From positions 62-64,061 of the forward strand of contig JACXUO010000001.1 in the NCBI GenBank assembly GCA_014763885.1: DNA of 64,000 nucleotides. The letters run 5' to 3'. The first letter of the stretch is position 1. Each line of letters begins with the position of its first letter. Below the pieces are notes generated by a model. That model was given only the letters and a program-made list of their open reading frames with translations, was not told where the DNA came from and did no database searches. Both the position numbers and the translations under genes were made by a program. This DNA is from Campylobacterales bacterium. GTDB lineage: Bacteria; Campylobacterota; Campylobacteria; Campylobacterales; Sulfurovaceae. Of this stretch, positions 30,374-41,730 are shown one piece after another.

Positions 30374-30979
30374 TCATTTTGTAGAAAAAATCGCCTCCAG
30401 CAAATTGGACGGAAAGATGGCAGCATGATCAGATACCCGTAGATCTGCCAAAGCAAAAGGCATATAACTGTGTCGGGTCACCACGACCTTCGTACTGTAG
30501 TCCGACCACTCAAACAGCTCTACTACATCTTTGGGATCGACATGGATACAGCCATGGGACATCCAGTCTACACTTCCCTTATGAAGGGCATGTCCGAAGC
30601 GGGTAAACTTCATCATATAGTCCATATTGTTCACCCCGCTGGGGTCGGGGTAGGCTGTAGACATATGAAATCTTTTTTTCTGAAAAATGGTAAATATCCC
30701 GGAGGGGCTTCGATATTTCTCCGCACCGGAAGTGACAGGACCTGACTTCCACACCTTCCCGCTTTTATCAATGGCATAAAAGCGTCCGTCGCTTCCGTGT
30801 TCTCTGACAGAGACTACGATGAATTTCTGTCCTATTAAATTAACTGTTTTAAAACCATCATTAGTCATCACTTTAAATGAGGTTTTTGAGATAGGAAATG
30901 TTGCTTTACCACTGGGTGGAGGATGTTCAGCATTGAGAAGAGTCGTAAGAGATATAACTATCAATATAATATATCTCAT
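30374..30979 (-). CDS. L,D-transpeptidase (YkuD-family) exported protein
   Basis: Signal peptide; ALHKGSVDWMSHGCIHV catalytic H/C motif. Confidence 0.85.
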   Translation of the reverse strand: MRYIILIVISLTTLLNAEHPPPSGKATFPISKTSFKVMTNDGFKTVNLIGQKFIVVSVREHGSDGRFYAIDKSGKVWKSGPVTSGAEKYRSPSGIFTIFQKKRFHMSTAYPDPSGVNNMDYMMKFTRFGHALHKGSVDWMSHGCIHVDPKDVVELFEWSDYSTKVVVTRHSYMPFALADLRVSDHAAIFPSNLLEAIFSTK

Positions 30980-30988
30980 CCTCTCCTC

Positions 30989-31843
30989 CTAGAGTTTCTT
31001 TAATTTCTCTTTTGCTATCTTTGCGGAGTTGTGTCCGCTGTAGTTCTCTATAATATTTTGATAAAAGAGCTTTGCCTGATCTTTTTTACCGGTATTTTCC
31101 AATGATATACCCGTATGTAACAATAATACATCAATATAGCTTGCCTTGTCATATAACCCGGCACTTTTTTTGAAATAGAAGATCGCATCCTCATACTGCT
31201 TCGTATAGTAGGCTATCTCCCCCAGATAGTAGTTGGAAGCTGCGGGCTTGTAGCCTTTTTCATCCGTGATCACAAAGCGCTTTTTTGCCTCATCATACTG
31301 TTTTTGTCCAAAAAGTCTTACCCCCTCTTTGTAGAGATCGGCATTCGCCTGTCCGTCAAAAGATGTTTTCTGTTCCGAAGGCGATGTCGCTTTGGTAGCT
31401 GGCGCGACAGGCTTGCCGTCCATCCCGGCAAGTATCTGCCGGAGCTCTTCTTTGCTGACATAGTTGCTGTTGATTTTGTCGATCATCTCTCCGAGCTTTC
31501 TCAGCAGTTCCGTATTCTCAGGATTGGATGGAGTCGCGACACTCCCCCTCTGCTGTTGAAGCTCGAAAAGCTGCGCACTTAACCCCTCTACCAGCGTAGT
31601 CAGTCCGTCAATTCTCTCATTCTGCCTTTGTATCTGGCGATGCAGGGAGGTAAGCGTCGGCTGCGGGGAGGAGTAAGCAGGCTGCGGGGTGACAGATCCC
31701 CTCTCCTCCTCTACAGCAATATCCTCTTCATAGTACTGACGGAGGTTATCTCTGTCCATCTCGTACACTGAAGGCTCAGCAAGAAGGGCCATGCTGCTGC
31801 ATAGCATCGCAGTAAGGCCAAAAGGTATCAGTCGTCTGAACAT
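30989..31843 (-). CDS. cpoB: Tol-Pal coordinator CpoB/YbgF-like TPR protein
   Basis: Signal peptide, coiled coil, C-terminal TPRs; immediately after pal. Confidence 0.8.
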   Translation of the reverse strand: MFRRLIPFGLTAMLCSSMALLAEPSVYEMDRDNLRQYYEEDIAVEEERGSVTPQPAYSSPQPTLTSLHRQIQRQNERIDGLTTLVEGLSAQLFELQQQRGSVATPSNPENTELLRKLGEMIDKINSNYVSKEELRQILAGMDGKPVAPATKATSPSEQKTSFDGQANADLYKEGVRLFGQKQYDEAKKRFVITDEKGYKPAASNYYLGEIAYYTKQYEDAIFYFKKSAGLYDKASYIDVLLLHTGISLENTGKKDQAKLFYQNIIENYSGHNSAKIAKEKLKKL

Positions 31844-31847
31844 GAAT

Positions 31848-32360
31848 TTATCTTACCAGCCTCAGGTCGACTCTTCTGTTTTGCGCATAGCAATCATCGG
31901 TAGTTTCATTACATACGGGGCTGCTCTCTCCGAAGCTTACCATCACGACATTGGAAGTATCTACACCCTGGTCTGCAAGTGCATCTTTTACTGCTTTGGC
32001 ACGCTTGAGCCCGAGAGCATAGTTGTATTCATCTGTACCGAATTCATCACAGTTCCCCTCCAGTTTCACCTGTCTGCTCCCTACACTCTGCACTTTTGCG
32101 GCATTATGTCTCACCCTCTTCTCCATCGAAGGTGCAATGCTGTATCCGTCAAAATCAAAATAGACACTGGCAAAACCATCGCTGCTGCTGTTGTAATGCA
32201 TACCTGATCCATCTTCGAACATGTTGTTCTCATCCAGTGTCACGGTATCCGACGTTAATGTGTTGGCATCCGCCATGTTCCCGCTTACGTCAGGAGTATT
32301 CTGTGCACATCCTGAGAACATCAGCAGTGCAATTGTAGAGATATATATTTTTTTCATCAT
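31848..32360 (-). CDS. pal: Peptidoglycan-associated lipoprotein
   Basis: Lipobox FSGC; VYFDFD, EGNCDEFGTDEYNYALG, NRRV. Confidence 0.93.
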   Translation of the reverse strand: MMKKIYISTIALLMFSGCAQNTPDVSGNMADANTLTSDTVTLDENNMFEDGSGMHYNSSSDGFASVYFDFDGYSIAPSMEKRVRHNAAKVQSVGSRQVKLEGNCDEFGTDEYNYALGLKRAKAVKDALADQGVDTSNVVMVSFGESSPVCNETTDDCYAQNRRVDLRLVR

Positions 32361-32371
32361 CTTTTATCCTT

Positions 32372-33622
32372 TTACCAATCGATTGATTGTATTTTGTTGA
32401 TACTTACCGGAAATAGCAAACTCTGAGCGCTGGCAAGGTTGATATACCCTATTGCACTGCCACGCCCGCTCTGTTTGATATAAAGCACGACCGAACCATC
32501 CGATGAAAACCTCGGGAACTGATTGCTTCCTGTGGTTGTCAAAGGCCTTGTATCTCCCCCGCGTGAAGATGTCAGATAGAGATTGAAGGTATTTCTACCG
32601 AAACTGCTTGATGACTCCCGGCTGGAGTAAACCACCCTGTTGTCGTGGGTATCGCAGGCATTGTTATTGCGCCCATGATAGACTACGGGTGCAACCCCCG
32701 GAGTATCAATCCCTTTCCTGAAGACATTGGCATACCCCAGCCTGTTGGAGACAAATACAATACTCCTCTCATCATCTACATATTTCCCGCTGACATCGAT
32801 CCCGTTGAAAGTGGTTACCCTCTTTTTGGAACCTGTTGAAAGGTCAAGTTCATAAATGTCAGCATGTCCATGCGGCGCCATAGTCAACAGAATTTTTCTG
32901 TAGTCCTTACTGACATCCGAACAGACTAGCATCCCTTCCGAACTTACTATTTTACTCTTTTTACCTGTATAAATGTCTATTTTGTAAAGAGTAGGCAGTG
33001 TCCCTTTATACGACGTGTAGTAGAGCGTTCGCTGGTTTGCATCCGCCCACTTCGGAAAGAGATTCAGTCCACCGCGTATAATAGGTTTTTGATAGGTAAA
33101 GGTATAGTCAGCCAGCATGATCTCACTCGTTTTTGAAGCGGTGTAACGCGTAAAAACAACATAGCGGTTGATCCATGAGATATCCGGATACTTCAGATAG
33201 GCATTGATATCACTGATCGCCTTATGTGCTACGAACGGCATCTTTGCACTGTTGGGGATACTGTATGATTTTTTATAGAGTTCCGTACCGTCAGATGCTC
33301 TAAGCAGACGGATATACAATTTCGTCCCGCTGTCTGCGATCAGATTGTATTTCAGCAGATAATCCCTGTTTTTCAGTTTCAGGTCTATAAAACTATCGCT
33401 GAAACCGCCTCTATGCATCTGACTGTCAGCCAGGAAGTGGCCTGAAATTTTCAGGTCTGAAAGCAATATATCGAAAAATTTTTCATGATGTTCCGCTGAA
33501 CCGTCCACCAAAGCGATACGGGCACGCTGCTCTACATCTTTTTCGATCTTAAGTGTCGCATCCACGGCCAAAAGATTTGTAGTGAACCATAGGGTCAATA
33601 ATAGAAGCAACAATCGTCTCAC
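32372..33622 (-). CDS. tolB: Tol-Pal periplasmic protein TolB
   Basis: Signal peptide; beta-propeller repeats (FVSNRLG, PRFSSDG); upstream of pal. Confidence 0.92.
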   Translation of the reverse strand: MRRLLLLLLTLWFTTNLLAVDATLKIEKDVEQRARIALVDGSAEHHEKFFDILLSDLKISGHFLADSQMHRGGFSDSFIDLKLKNRDYLLKYNLIADSGTKLYIRLLRASDGTELYKKSYSIPNSAKMPFVAHKAISDINAYLKYPDISWINRYVVFTRYTASKTSEIMLADYTFTYQKPIIRGGLNLFPKWADANQRTLYYTSYKGTLPTLYKIDIYTGKKSKIVSSEGMLVCSDVSKDYRKILLTMAPHGHADIYELDLSTGSKKRVTTFNGIDVSGKYVDDERSIVFVSNRLGYANVFRKGIDTPGVAPVVYHGRNNNACDTHDNRVVYSSRESSSSFGRNTFNLYLTSSRGGDTRPLTTTGSNQFPRFSSDGSVVLYIKQSGRGSAIGYINLASAQSLLFPVSINKIQSIDW

Positions 33623-33810
33623 GAACGTCCCTTGAGTATGTAATATGTTCTGTATATTGTATCAGGCAAAGATTAATATCTGCATTAAAAATATCGGCGT
33701 AATTCTACCATATACCGATCCCGTTTTTATACCAAAAAAACAAAATATTTTATCTCTTTTATTTTTTGGTTTGACTTATGATATGATATGGTAAAGAAAG
33801 GAGGCAGATC

Positions 33811-34059
33811 ATGCAGGCTTATCGTTATAATTCACCCATAGGACCATTTGAGATCAGACAAGTCGGACATTTGAGGTATGAACTCTGGATAGAGGAAGAG
33901 AAGCTCGGTGAGTATGAAAGTGCGGAATCGGCAGCTTTGGATGTTGCGGCCTTTAACACAGATTATGTGGAGTGGGACCGTTTCGAAAATGAGTTGGAGA
34001 ACTTCCCGAAGAGTCTGAGTGACTGGACAGCAGAAAAAGAGGCATCACCCAGAGCCTAA
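33811..34059 (+). CDS. Hypothetical acidic protein (82 aa)
   Basis: AAGGAGG RBS; first gene of a tight three-gene plus-strand run. Confidence 0.75.
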   Translation: MQAYRYNSPIGPFEIRQVGHLRYELWIEEEKLGEYESAESAALDVAAFNTDYVEWDRFENELENFPKSLSDWTAEKEASPRA

Positions 34060-34083
34060 TCTGGACCACCAAAGGAGTAAAGG

Positions 34084-34428
34084 ATGAAAAAGCGAGAAGA
34101 TCTCGACTTCAAAGAGTTTGAAGCGTTACTGAGCGAAAGATTGCAACATGCAGAGGAGAATATCGAACAACTCAAAAGCGAGTTGTTCGATGTCAGTATG
34201 GATGATATCATCAATGATATGGAGGACCTGGCATCGCTGGAGACACTCAATGACAATGACCGTCTGCTTCTGGAAAGGCAAACAACCGAGCTCCGGGAGA
34301 TTCACCATGCCCTCTCAAAGATCAAAGAGGGAACCTACGGTATCTGTGAAGAGACCGCCAAACCGATCCCTGTTGAACGGCTAAGAGCCAATCCTATTGC
34401 CAGAACCATCGTAAGCAAAACACAATAA
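34084..34428 (+). CDS. DksA/TraR-family protein, single-Cys (Zn-free) type
   Basis: Coiled-coil tip DMEDLA (DxxDxA); GTYGICEETAKPIPVERLRANP.A with only one Cys. Confidence 0.85.
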   Translation: MKKREDLDFKEFEALLSERLQHAEENIEQLKSELFDVSMDDIINDMEDLASLETLNDNDRLLLERQTTELREIHHALSKIKEGTYGICEETAKPIPVERLRANPIARTIVSKTQ

Positions 34429-34429
34429 G

Positions 34430-35570
34430 ATGAAGATCGGAGTACCCAGAGAGGTCAAGACCAAAGAGTACCGTGTCGGAATGATCCCTTCTGGGGGTGG
34501 AACAGCTGGTCGGGAGTGGCCATCAGGTCTATATCGAAGAAGGTGCCGGTGAGAAAAGTGGCTTTTGCGACAGCGAGTACGCTGAGGCAGGCGCTTCCAT
34601 CGTCCAAAGTCCCGGGGAGATCTATGATCAGTGTGAAATGATCATCAAGGTCAAAGAGCCTCAACCTGAGGAGTACCACCTTTTGAAACCCGGCCAGATA
34701 CTCTTCGCCTATCTCCATCTCGCTCCCGTACCGAAACTTACCAAAGTGCTGCAGGAGAAAAAGGTGACAGCCATCGCCTATGAAACACTGCAGGAAAAAG
34801 GGACGCTTCCTCTGCTGGACCCGATGAGCCAGATCGCAGGAGAAGTAGCACCTCTGGTCGGAAGCTACTTCCTCGCGGCACATAACGGCGGAAGTGGCAG
34901 ACTGATCAGTGGCGCGACAGGTGTGACCCCTGCGAGAGTACTCATTATCGGCAGCGGCACGGTTGCGAAAAGTGCTGCCAAAGTCGCTGCAGGTATGGGT
35001 GCGGAGGTAGTGATCATGGGAAGAAACCGACACTCCATGGCAAAACTCGAAGAGACACTCCCCGCAAATATCTCCACGGTCTACTCGAACCGGTATAACC
35101 TTGAAAAGATTTTGCCTACCGCAGACATCGTCATCGGAGCGGTCTATATCACAGGAGAGAAAACGCCCAAGCTGATCACCAGGGAGAGGCTCTCCCTGTG
35201 CAAAAGAGGCTCCATCCTGGTAGATGTCTCCATCGATCAGGGAGGATCGATAGAGACCTCCCATCCGACCACCCATGAGGACCCGGTATTTGAAGTGGAC
35301 GGGATACTGCACTACTGTGTCGCAAATATCCCGGGAAGCTACCCGGCAACCTCTACCCAGGCACTTGCCAATGCTACGGTCACCTATGCAAAACGCATTG
35401 CCGACCTGGGATGGCGTGAGGCAGTTTTGAATGATGCAGCCATCTCCAGCGGGGTCAATATCGCAGGCGGGTTTGTCACCAATGAAGCTGTCGCCAAAAC
35501 CCATGGGATAGCGTATCGCGAGTTGAGGGATATTATCGCTCTTTGTCCCGAATATAAAGTCTCTATCTGA
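34430..35570 (+). pseudogene. ald: Alanine dehydrogenase with a +1 frameshift in a G5 run (34493-34497)
   Basis: MKIGVPREVKTKEYRVGMIPSG from ATG 34430 joins VEQLVGSGHQ... only if one G is removed; KVKEP, YLHLA, GSGTV, DVSIDQGG are intact. Confidence 0.85.
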
Positions 35571-35658
35571 AACGCTCCCGCCTGGGTAGAAGGGACTAAT
35601 GCGTGAAAAGAGATCAAGTTCCCCGGAGCATCCCTGGTGCGCCGGAGAAGAAAAAGGC

Positions 35659-36743
35659 TCATCTCGCCTCCTTGGTACTTCTTGTAGTAAAGCGCCACTC
35701 TTTGCTATCCACCTCTCCATCTGCACTGTATTCAATCCTGACCGTATAGGTGTGGGATGCTTTCAATACTGACAAGAGGAAAAGCGCAAAATCTGTATCG
35801 TTGAAGAAGCCGTTGGGGTCATTGTTTGAGTCCATAAGCAAAACATTTTCCACTTTTGTACCATCGCTTTCAAACAGTTCGAAGGAGAGCATCTCTATCT
35901 TGTCCACATAGTACGGGTTGAAGGTTACGGAGATCGGGTTTCCGCTCTCGGAACTCTTCGGGCCTCTCTTCGTAGAATACCCTTCGTACGTTGATCTCCC
36001 CGGCATAGGGATAAATAATAACCTTCGCCGCATTTTTCATTCGCTCCACGACTTCATCGGCGGTAAATCCATAATCGATCACCTGTGCTTTGAAGTTGTA
36101 AAGGTCAGAGAAACCGCCGATTCCCATATCACTGACATAGTAGGCGAGAATTCCGTTTCGGTGATAGATCGCACTCATCAACTCATCGATCCCCTTTATG
36201 ACATCGCCATTTTGTCTATAGCATATCACTTCACCTGTCGATCCTGTATATCCGACCCGCTGCCCCCTTATACTTGGGTCATAGCCAGTGTAGTGCGGAC
36301 TCTCATAATTCTCATAGTGCCCCTCAAGGATATTATACCTGTCATAAATATACCCGAGATGGTTTTTGTGTGATTTTGAGGCATTTTCCAGGGAGCTGTT
36401 ATAGTTCAATGCTGTGAGTCCTGCTCCCGCCCTGAAACTGTTGTATCGTTCAAAAGCCACCTTAAGCCCTGAACTGGATGGCTTGTTTCCGCTCGAGGGC
36501 GTAGAGTAGGCATCTCCTGGATCCGTACCTATCGCTATCTCTTCTTTGTCAGAGTACCCGTCATTATCTTCATCCGTATCCACATTGCTCTCTGTCGTGT
36601 CGTTATCCAGAGCGGCTGCCGAAACCGGAGCAGCAGTATGGCTCTCATTTGCGGTGTTGCCTCCACCGCAGGCTGTAAGTCCGATTATTATGATGAAAGT
36701 GGCCATTAGATAAGAAATTTTTTTTAGCAGTAATAAAAATCAT
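35659..36743 (-). pseudogene. CAP (SCP/PR-1)-domain lipoprotein with two frame disruptions
   Basis: Lipobox LTAC; DxDxDGxSD..E..GTDP repeat; N.FRA.AGL..L, H..Y...H.E, GEVI, SAIYHR CAP motifs; breaks at the T8 run 36718-36725 and near 35960. Confidence 0.75.
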
Positions 36744-37187
36744 GTCTTCCTCCTGTTTTAAACTGATTAAAATCATCAAAGAAACTTGATTCCTATTTTA
36801 TTATATTTTATTTTAAGTAATTCTTATATTTATATATTATTAAATACCATACTATAATTTTAGTATCATTTATATATAGTTTAATTTTGAATATGGATAT
36901 AGTAGCGCGTCGTACAATCCATATCATGCAGATATAGCTTCTACTAACTTTTTTCTCTTTACCCTGGAAGTAGTGGCATGATTGCGCCATCTTCGGGAAA
37001 CTCACACTTCTATAGTTGCCCATGAAGTCATGGAAACGGAGAGATATGGGAGAAAATGAATATACAAAGGAAATCCCACTGGACACAAATTCAGTACAGA
37101 GAAGATCTGATTTTTCACATTCAGAGAGAATCTCTTCCCTGGTGGTATGCCTGCAGAATATATTCCTCCCAACGGTTGAGGCGCAAA

Positions 37188-38030
37188 CTACTCTGTAGCG
37201 ATAAACTCCACATCAAGCTTATAGGCCCTGTTTCCTTTATGCGGCCCGAATCCAAAACGCTGAAGCTGTTTGAGATAGGCATCGAGCCCGGCATTGAACT
37301 CGGGGATACTGGAAGCGGAGAGCACCCTGTAGGTAAAACTTCCCGAAGGCTCGACTTCGATCATCACCCTCGCCTTCTCGCCTGCATACTCACTTTGAGC
37401 CGGCCACCCCTTGAGCTTCTCTTCGATCTTTGCCAGGTATGCGTTTTCAACCCCCCTGTCACTGCTCTGCTGTACCTTCAGTGAACTGGAGACAAGTTCT
37501 GCCGCGCTGCTCTTCTCTTTCACCTTTATCACGTCAAGCTTCGGTTTTCTCTCTACCGGTTTCTCAGCCGCCTTTTTCGTCTCTTTTGGTTTGCTTGAAG
37601 TGATATCGGCAAAAAGGCTTTGGGGCTTGTTCACTTTTTTAGGCCGGGTTACATTCTGATCTTTTTTGACCGGTTCCTTGATCACCTTCTTGACCACTTT
37701 CTCTTTGATGACCTTCTTTTGCTCTACAGGTTTTTTGACCGTCTCTTTAGGCTTTGGCTTCGGTGCAGGTTTTGGCTTCGGCTTGGGAACGGGTTTCGGC
37801 TTTGGTTCTGTTTTTGGCGCTGGCTGCTTTTTGGGCTGAGGCGTATCACTCTTTTTTTTCTCCGGAGTCGACAAAGCAACCTGGATACGCTCTTCGTTTT
37901 TCTTGACATAGTGCGTGCTCTCTTGCCGGGTTTTCGTATTGAAATAGAAGATAAGAAGAGCGAGGATCAGGAAGTAAACCCCAAATGCCAATGATCCGGT
38001 CAAATACCTTGGTAGTCTGTTTTCCATCAT
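37188..38030 (-). CDS. tolA: TolA/TonB-family energy transducer
   Basis: N-terminal TM, Pro/Lys-rich linker, TonB_C-like end; follows tolQR. Confidence 0.8.
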   Translation of the reverse strand: MMENRLPRYLTGSLAFGVYFLILALLIFYFNTKTRQESTHYVKKNEERIQVALSTPEKKKSDTPQPKKQPAPKTEPKPKPVPKPKPKPAPKPKPKETVKKPVEQKKVIKEKVVKKVIKEPVKKDQNVTRPKKVNKPQSLFADITSSKPKETKKAAEKPVERKPKLDVIKVKEKSSAAELVSSSLKVQQSSDRGVENAYLAKIEEKLKGWPAQSEYAGEKARVMIEVEPSGSFTYRVLSASSIPEFNAGLDAYLKQLQRFGFGPHKGNRAYKLDVEFIATE

Positions 38031-38413
38031 AGGGTAATAAGAGATACCTTCTCGAATCCTGCTGCTTTGACCGTTTTAAGCAGATACATGACATCTTTGT
38101 AGGAGAGACGTTCATCGGCACGGATGTAGACTTCAGCGTTTTTATCCAGCTTAGCCGACTGATTGACAAAATCGTCTGCAAAAGTATCCAGTTTATAGGT
38201 ATCATTGCCAAGATAGATCTTTTGATCCTTATCCATACGGATCGTCAGTGTTTTAGGCTTTTCAACCTTTACCGTCTTCGAGCCCTGGGGAAGAGTGATC
38301 TGCTCCTGGAACGTAATTGTCGGTGCAGTCACCATCAAGATAGCCATAAGCACGAGCATTACATCAACCAGGGGAGTAATGTTCAAATCCGGATCTTCAT
38401 CCCATTGGAACAT
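38027..38413 (-). CDS. tolR: TolR/ExbD
   Basis: NITPLVDVMLVL; IRADERL.Y. Confidence 0.9.
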   Translation of the reverse strand: MFQWDEDPDLNITPLVDVMLVLMAILMVTAPTITFQEQITLPQGSKTVKVEKPKTLTIRMDKDQKIYLGNDTYKLDTFADDFVNQSAKLDKNAEVYIRADERLSYKDVMYLLKTVKAAGFEKVSLITL

Positions 38414-38416
38414 TCA

Positions 38417-38992
38417 CTACTCCTCGTGAGTCTGGGACAGAATCACCTCTGCCTGTGAGGAGAGAAGTGATGAGAGTTCATACGCTTTACGTTTCAATAC
38501 AAGATGAAACGTATAGGCAAAAATGGCTACAGCAATACCTGCAGCAGTAGCGATAAGTGCTTCTGAGATCGCAGGAGCGACAACACTCAAAGAGGCACTG
38601 TTTTGACTCCCCAGGTTTGTAAATGTTTCGAGGATACCTACTACGGTACCGAAGAGACCGATAAACGGTGAGGTAGAGGCAATGATCGAAAGGATCGTCA
38701 ACCCTTTGGTTGAAACACGTACCGCATCAGAGGATGCCGCTTCGAGTATCGCTTTATTCGGACGATTTACACGGGACAGGTAAGTATAGATCAAAGAGGT
38801 GGTATGAACATTGTTAGATTGCCCGGTATAGAGCGCTTTGAGAGATTTGGCTTCCGCCTCTACTCTTTTACGTAGTATATAGTATCTATCGAAAAAGACC
38901 CAGAATGCTGTGATGAAATATGCTGACAGCAAAAGCAGTACAAAGATCGTAATTGCACTGCTTTCAATGAAATAAGTTAGAAGAGAGCCCAC
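38417..38992 (-). CDS. tolQ: TolQ/ExbB proton channel
   Basis: SPFIGLFGTVVGI, ISEALIATAAG. Confidence 0.9.
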   Translation of the reverse strand: MGSLLTYFIESSAITIFVLLLLSAYFITAFWVFFDRYYILRKRVEAEAKSLKALYTGQSNNVHTTSLIYTYLSRVNRPNKAILEAASSDAVRVSTKGLTILSIIASTSPFIGLFGTVVGILETFTNLGSQNSASLSVVAPAISEALIATAAGIAVAIFAYTFHLVLKRKAYELSSLLSSQAEVILSQTHEE

Positions 38993-38994
38993 TG

Positions 38995-39381
38995 TTATAA
39001 TGTCTTGGCAAGTTGTTCAACTTTGCTAACCGCAGATGCGATAGCAGTTTTAGATGACTCAGCACTTTTGAGTAGCGCTTTTGCTTCTTCAAGTGCTTTT
39101 TCAATATCTGTATCCTCACCGGAGATTACCACTGCGCCGTCAACGATACAGGTAGTTTTCTCTTCATCCACCTTCACATATCCGGAGTTAATAGCTACCG
39201 CTACTTCACTTGAATCTGCCTTCTCGATAACAATCACACCAGCTTCAAGCAGTGAAACGAGTGTAGCATGATGTGCCAGGACACCAAACTCACCCTCGCT
39301 GCCCGGCAACGTAACCTGCTTGACTTCAGCATCAAAAATCACACCGTTGGGTGTAACGATCTCAAGCTTCATAAGTTCCAT
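38995..39381 (-). CDS. atpC: ATP synthase epsilon subunit
   Basis: LEIVTP, LPGSEGEFGVLAHH. Confidence 0.96.
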   Translation of the reverse strand: MELMKLEIVTPNGVIFDAEVKQVTLPGSEGEFGVLAHHATLVSLLEAGVIVIEKADSSEVAVAINSGYVKVDEEKTTCIVDGAVVISGEDTDIEKALEEAKALLKSAESSKTAIASAVSKVEQLAKTL

Positions 39382-39411
39382 AATTATCCTTTAGTAGACA
39401 AGCGCCAAGGA

Positions 39412-40830
<1,419 letters not shown>

Positions 40831-41718
40831 TTATTTCATTGATTCCATACCACTGATGATCTCGATGAGCTCAGTAGTAATCGCTTCTTGTCTAGCTTTG
40901 TTGTACTGTACAGTCAACTTCTTCACCATCTCTTTTGCATTGCTTGTCGCAGCATCCATTGCCTGCATACGTGCAGAGTGTTCTGCGGCAAGTGAATCGA
41001 TAAGTGAGTAGTACATTGTGTACTCTATATAACGTTTCACCAATGCTTCAAGAAGGGTATCATCCTCATCCGGTTCTACTTCAAGTTCTGACGTTGAAAC
41101 TGCGTTCAGTTCCAATGTAGAGGGATCAACCGGCAGTATCTGTGCCTCTCTGATCTCCTGAGTGATCATATTCACATATCCGTTGTGAACCATCACGATC
41201 TTGTCTGTTTCACCCTTTACGTATGAATCAGCTATCTCATTAATCAAAGCTGCTGCATCTTCATAGTTTGGTGCCGAACTGAGACCAACCACTTCGTTCA
41301 TCATATCAATATTGTTGAACTTGAAGTAATCAATCCCTTTTCTTCCTACGGCTCTGAGACGTACTTTTACATTCTTTGCTTTGTAGTCAGCCAAGAGTTT
41401 ATTCACTCTCTTGATCGTTTGAGCGTTAAAGCCTCCACAAAGACCTTTGTCTGCAGTGACAAAAACAATGTCAACCACTTTTGGGTTGCTGGCATCCTTG
41501 AAGAATACATTGTCCAGACCATCCACATTGTTCTTCTGCAACTTCTGAGCAATCTCATTGAGAAGCTCGGTAAGTTTGTTTGCATAGACTCTGGATCTTT
41601 TTGCCAACTCTTCTGTTCTTCTCAGTTTTGCAGAAGAGACAAGCTTCATCGCGCGAGTCGTTTTCTGTGTATTCTTTACACTCGAAATCTTACGCTTGAT
41701 ATCTTTTAAATTAGCCAT
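40831..41718 (-). CDS. atpG: ATP synthase gamma subunit
   Basis: KTTRAMKLVS, DKGLCG, NKARQEAITTE. Confidence 0.98.
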   Translation of the reverse strand: MANLKDIKRKISSVKNTQKTTRAMKLVSSAKLRRTEELAKRSRVYANKLTELLNEIAQKLQKNNVDGLDNVFFKDASNPKVVDIVFVTADKGLCGGFNAQTIKRVNKLLADYKAKNVKVRLRAVGRKGIDYFKFNNIDMMNEVVGLSSAPNYEDAAALINEIADSYVKGETDKIVMVHNGYVNMITQEIREAQILPVDPSTLELNAVSTSELEVEPDEDDTLLEALVKRYIEYTMYYSLIDSLAAEHSARMQAMDAATSNAKEMVKKLTVQYNKARQEAITTELIEIISGMESMK

Positions 41719-41730
41719 AATCAGCCTTTC

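Noticed and set aside
36960-37200. Possible c-di-GMP-I riboswitch and short ORFs downstream of tolA
   Set aside because: Only scattered fragments (GGCGCAAA, AGTTGCC) in the wrong order; the ORFs lack an RBS or recognisable motifs.
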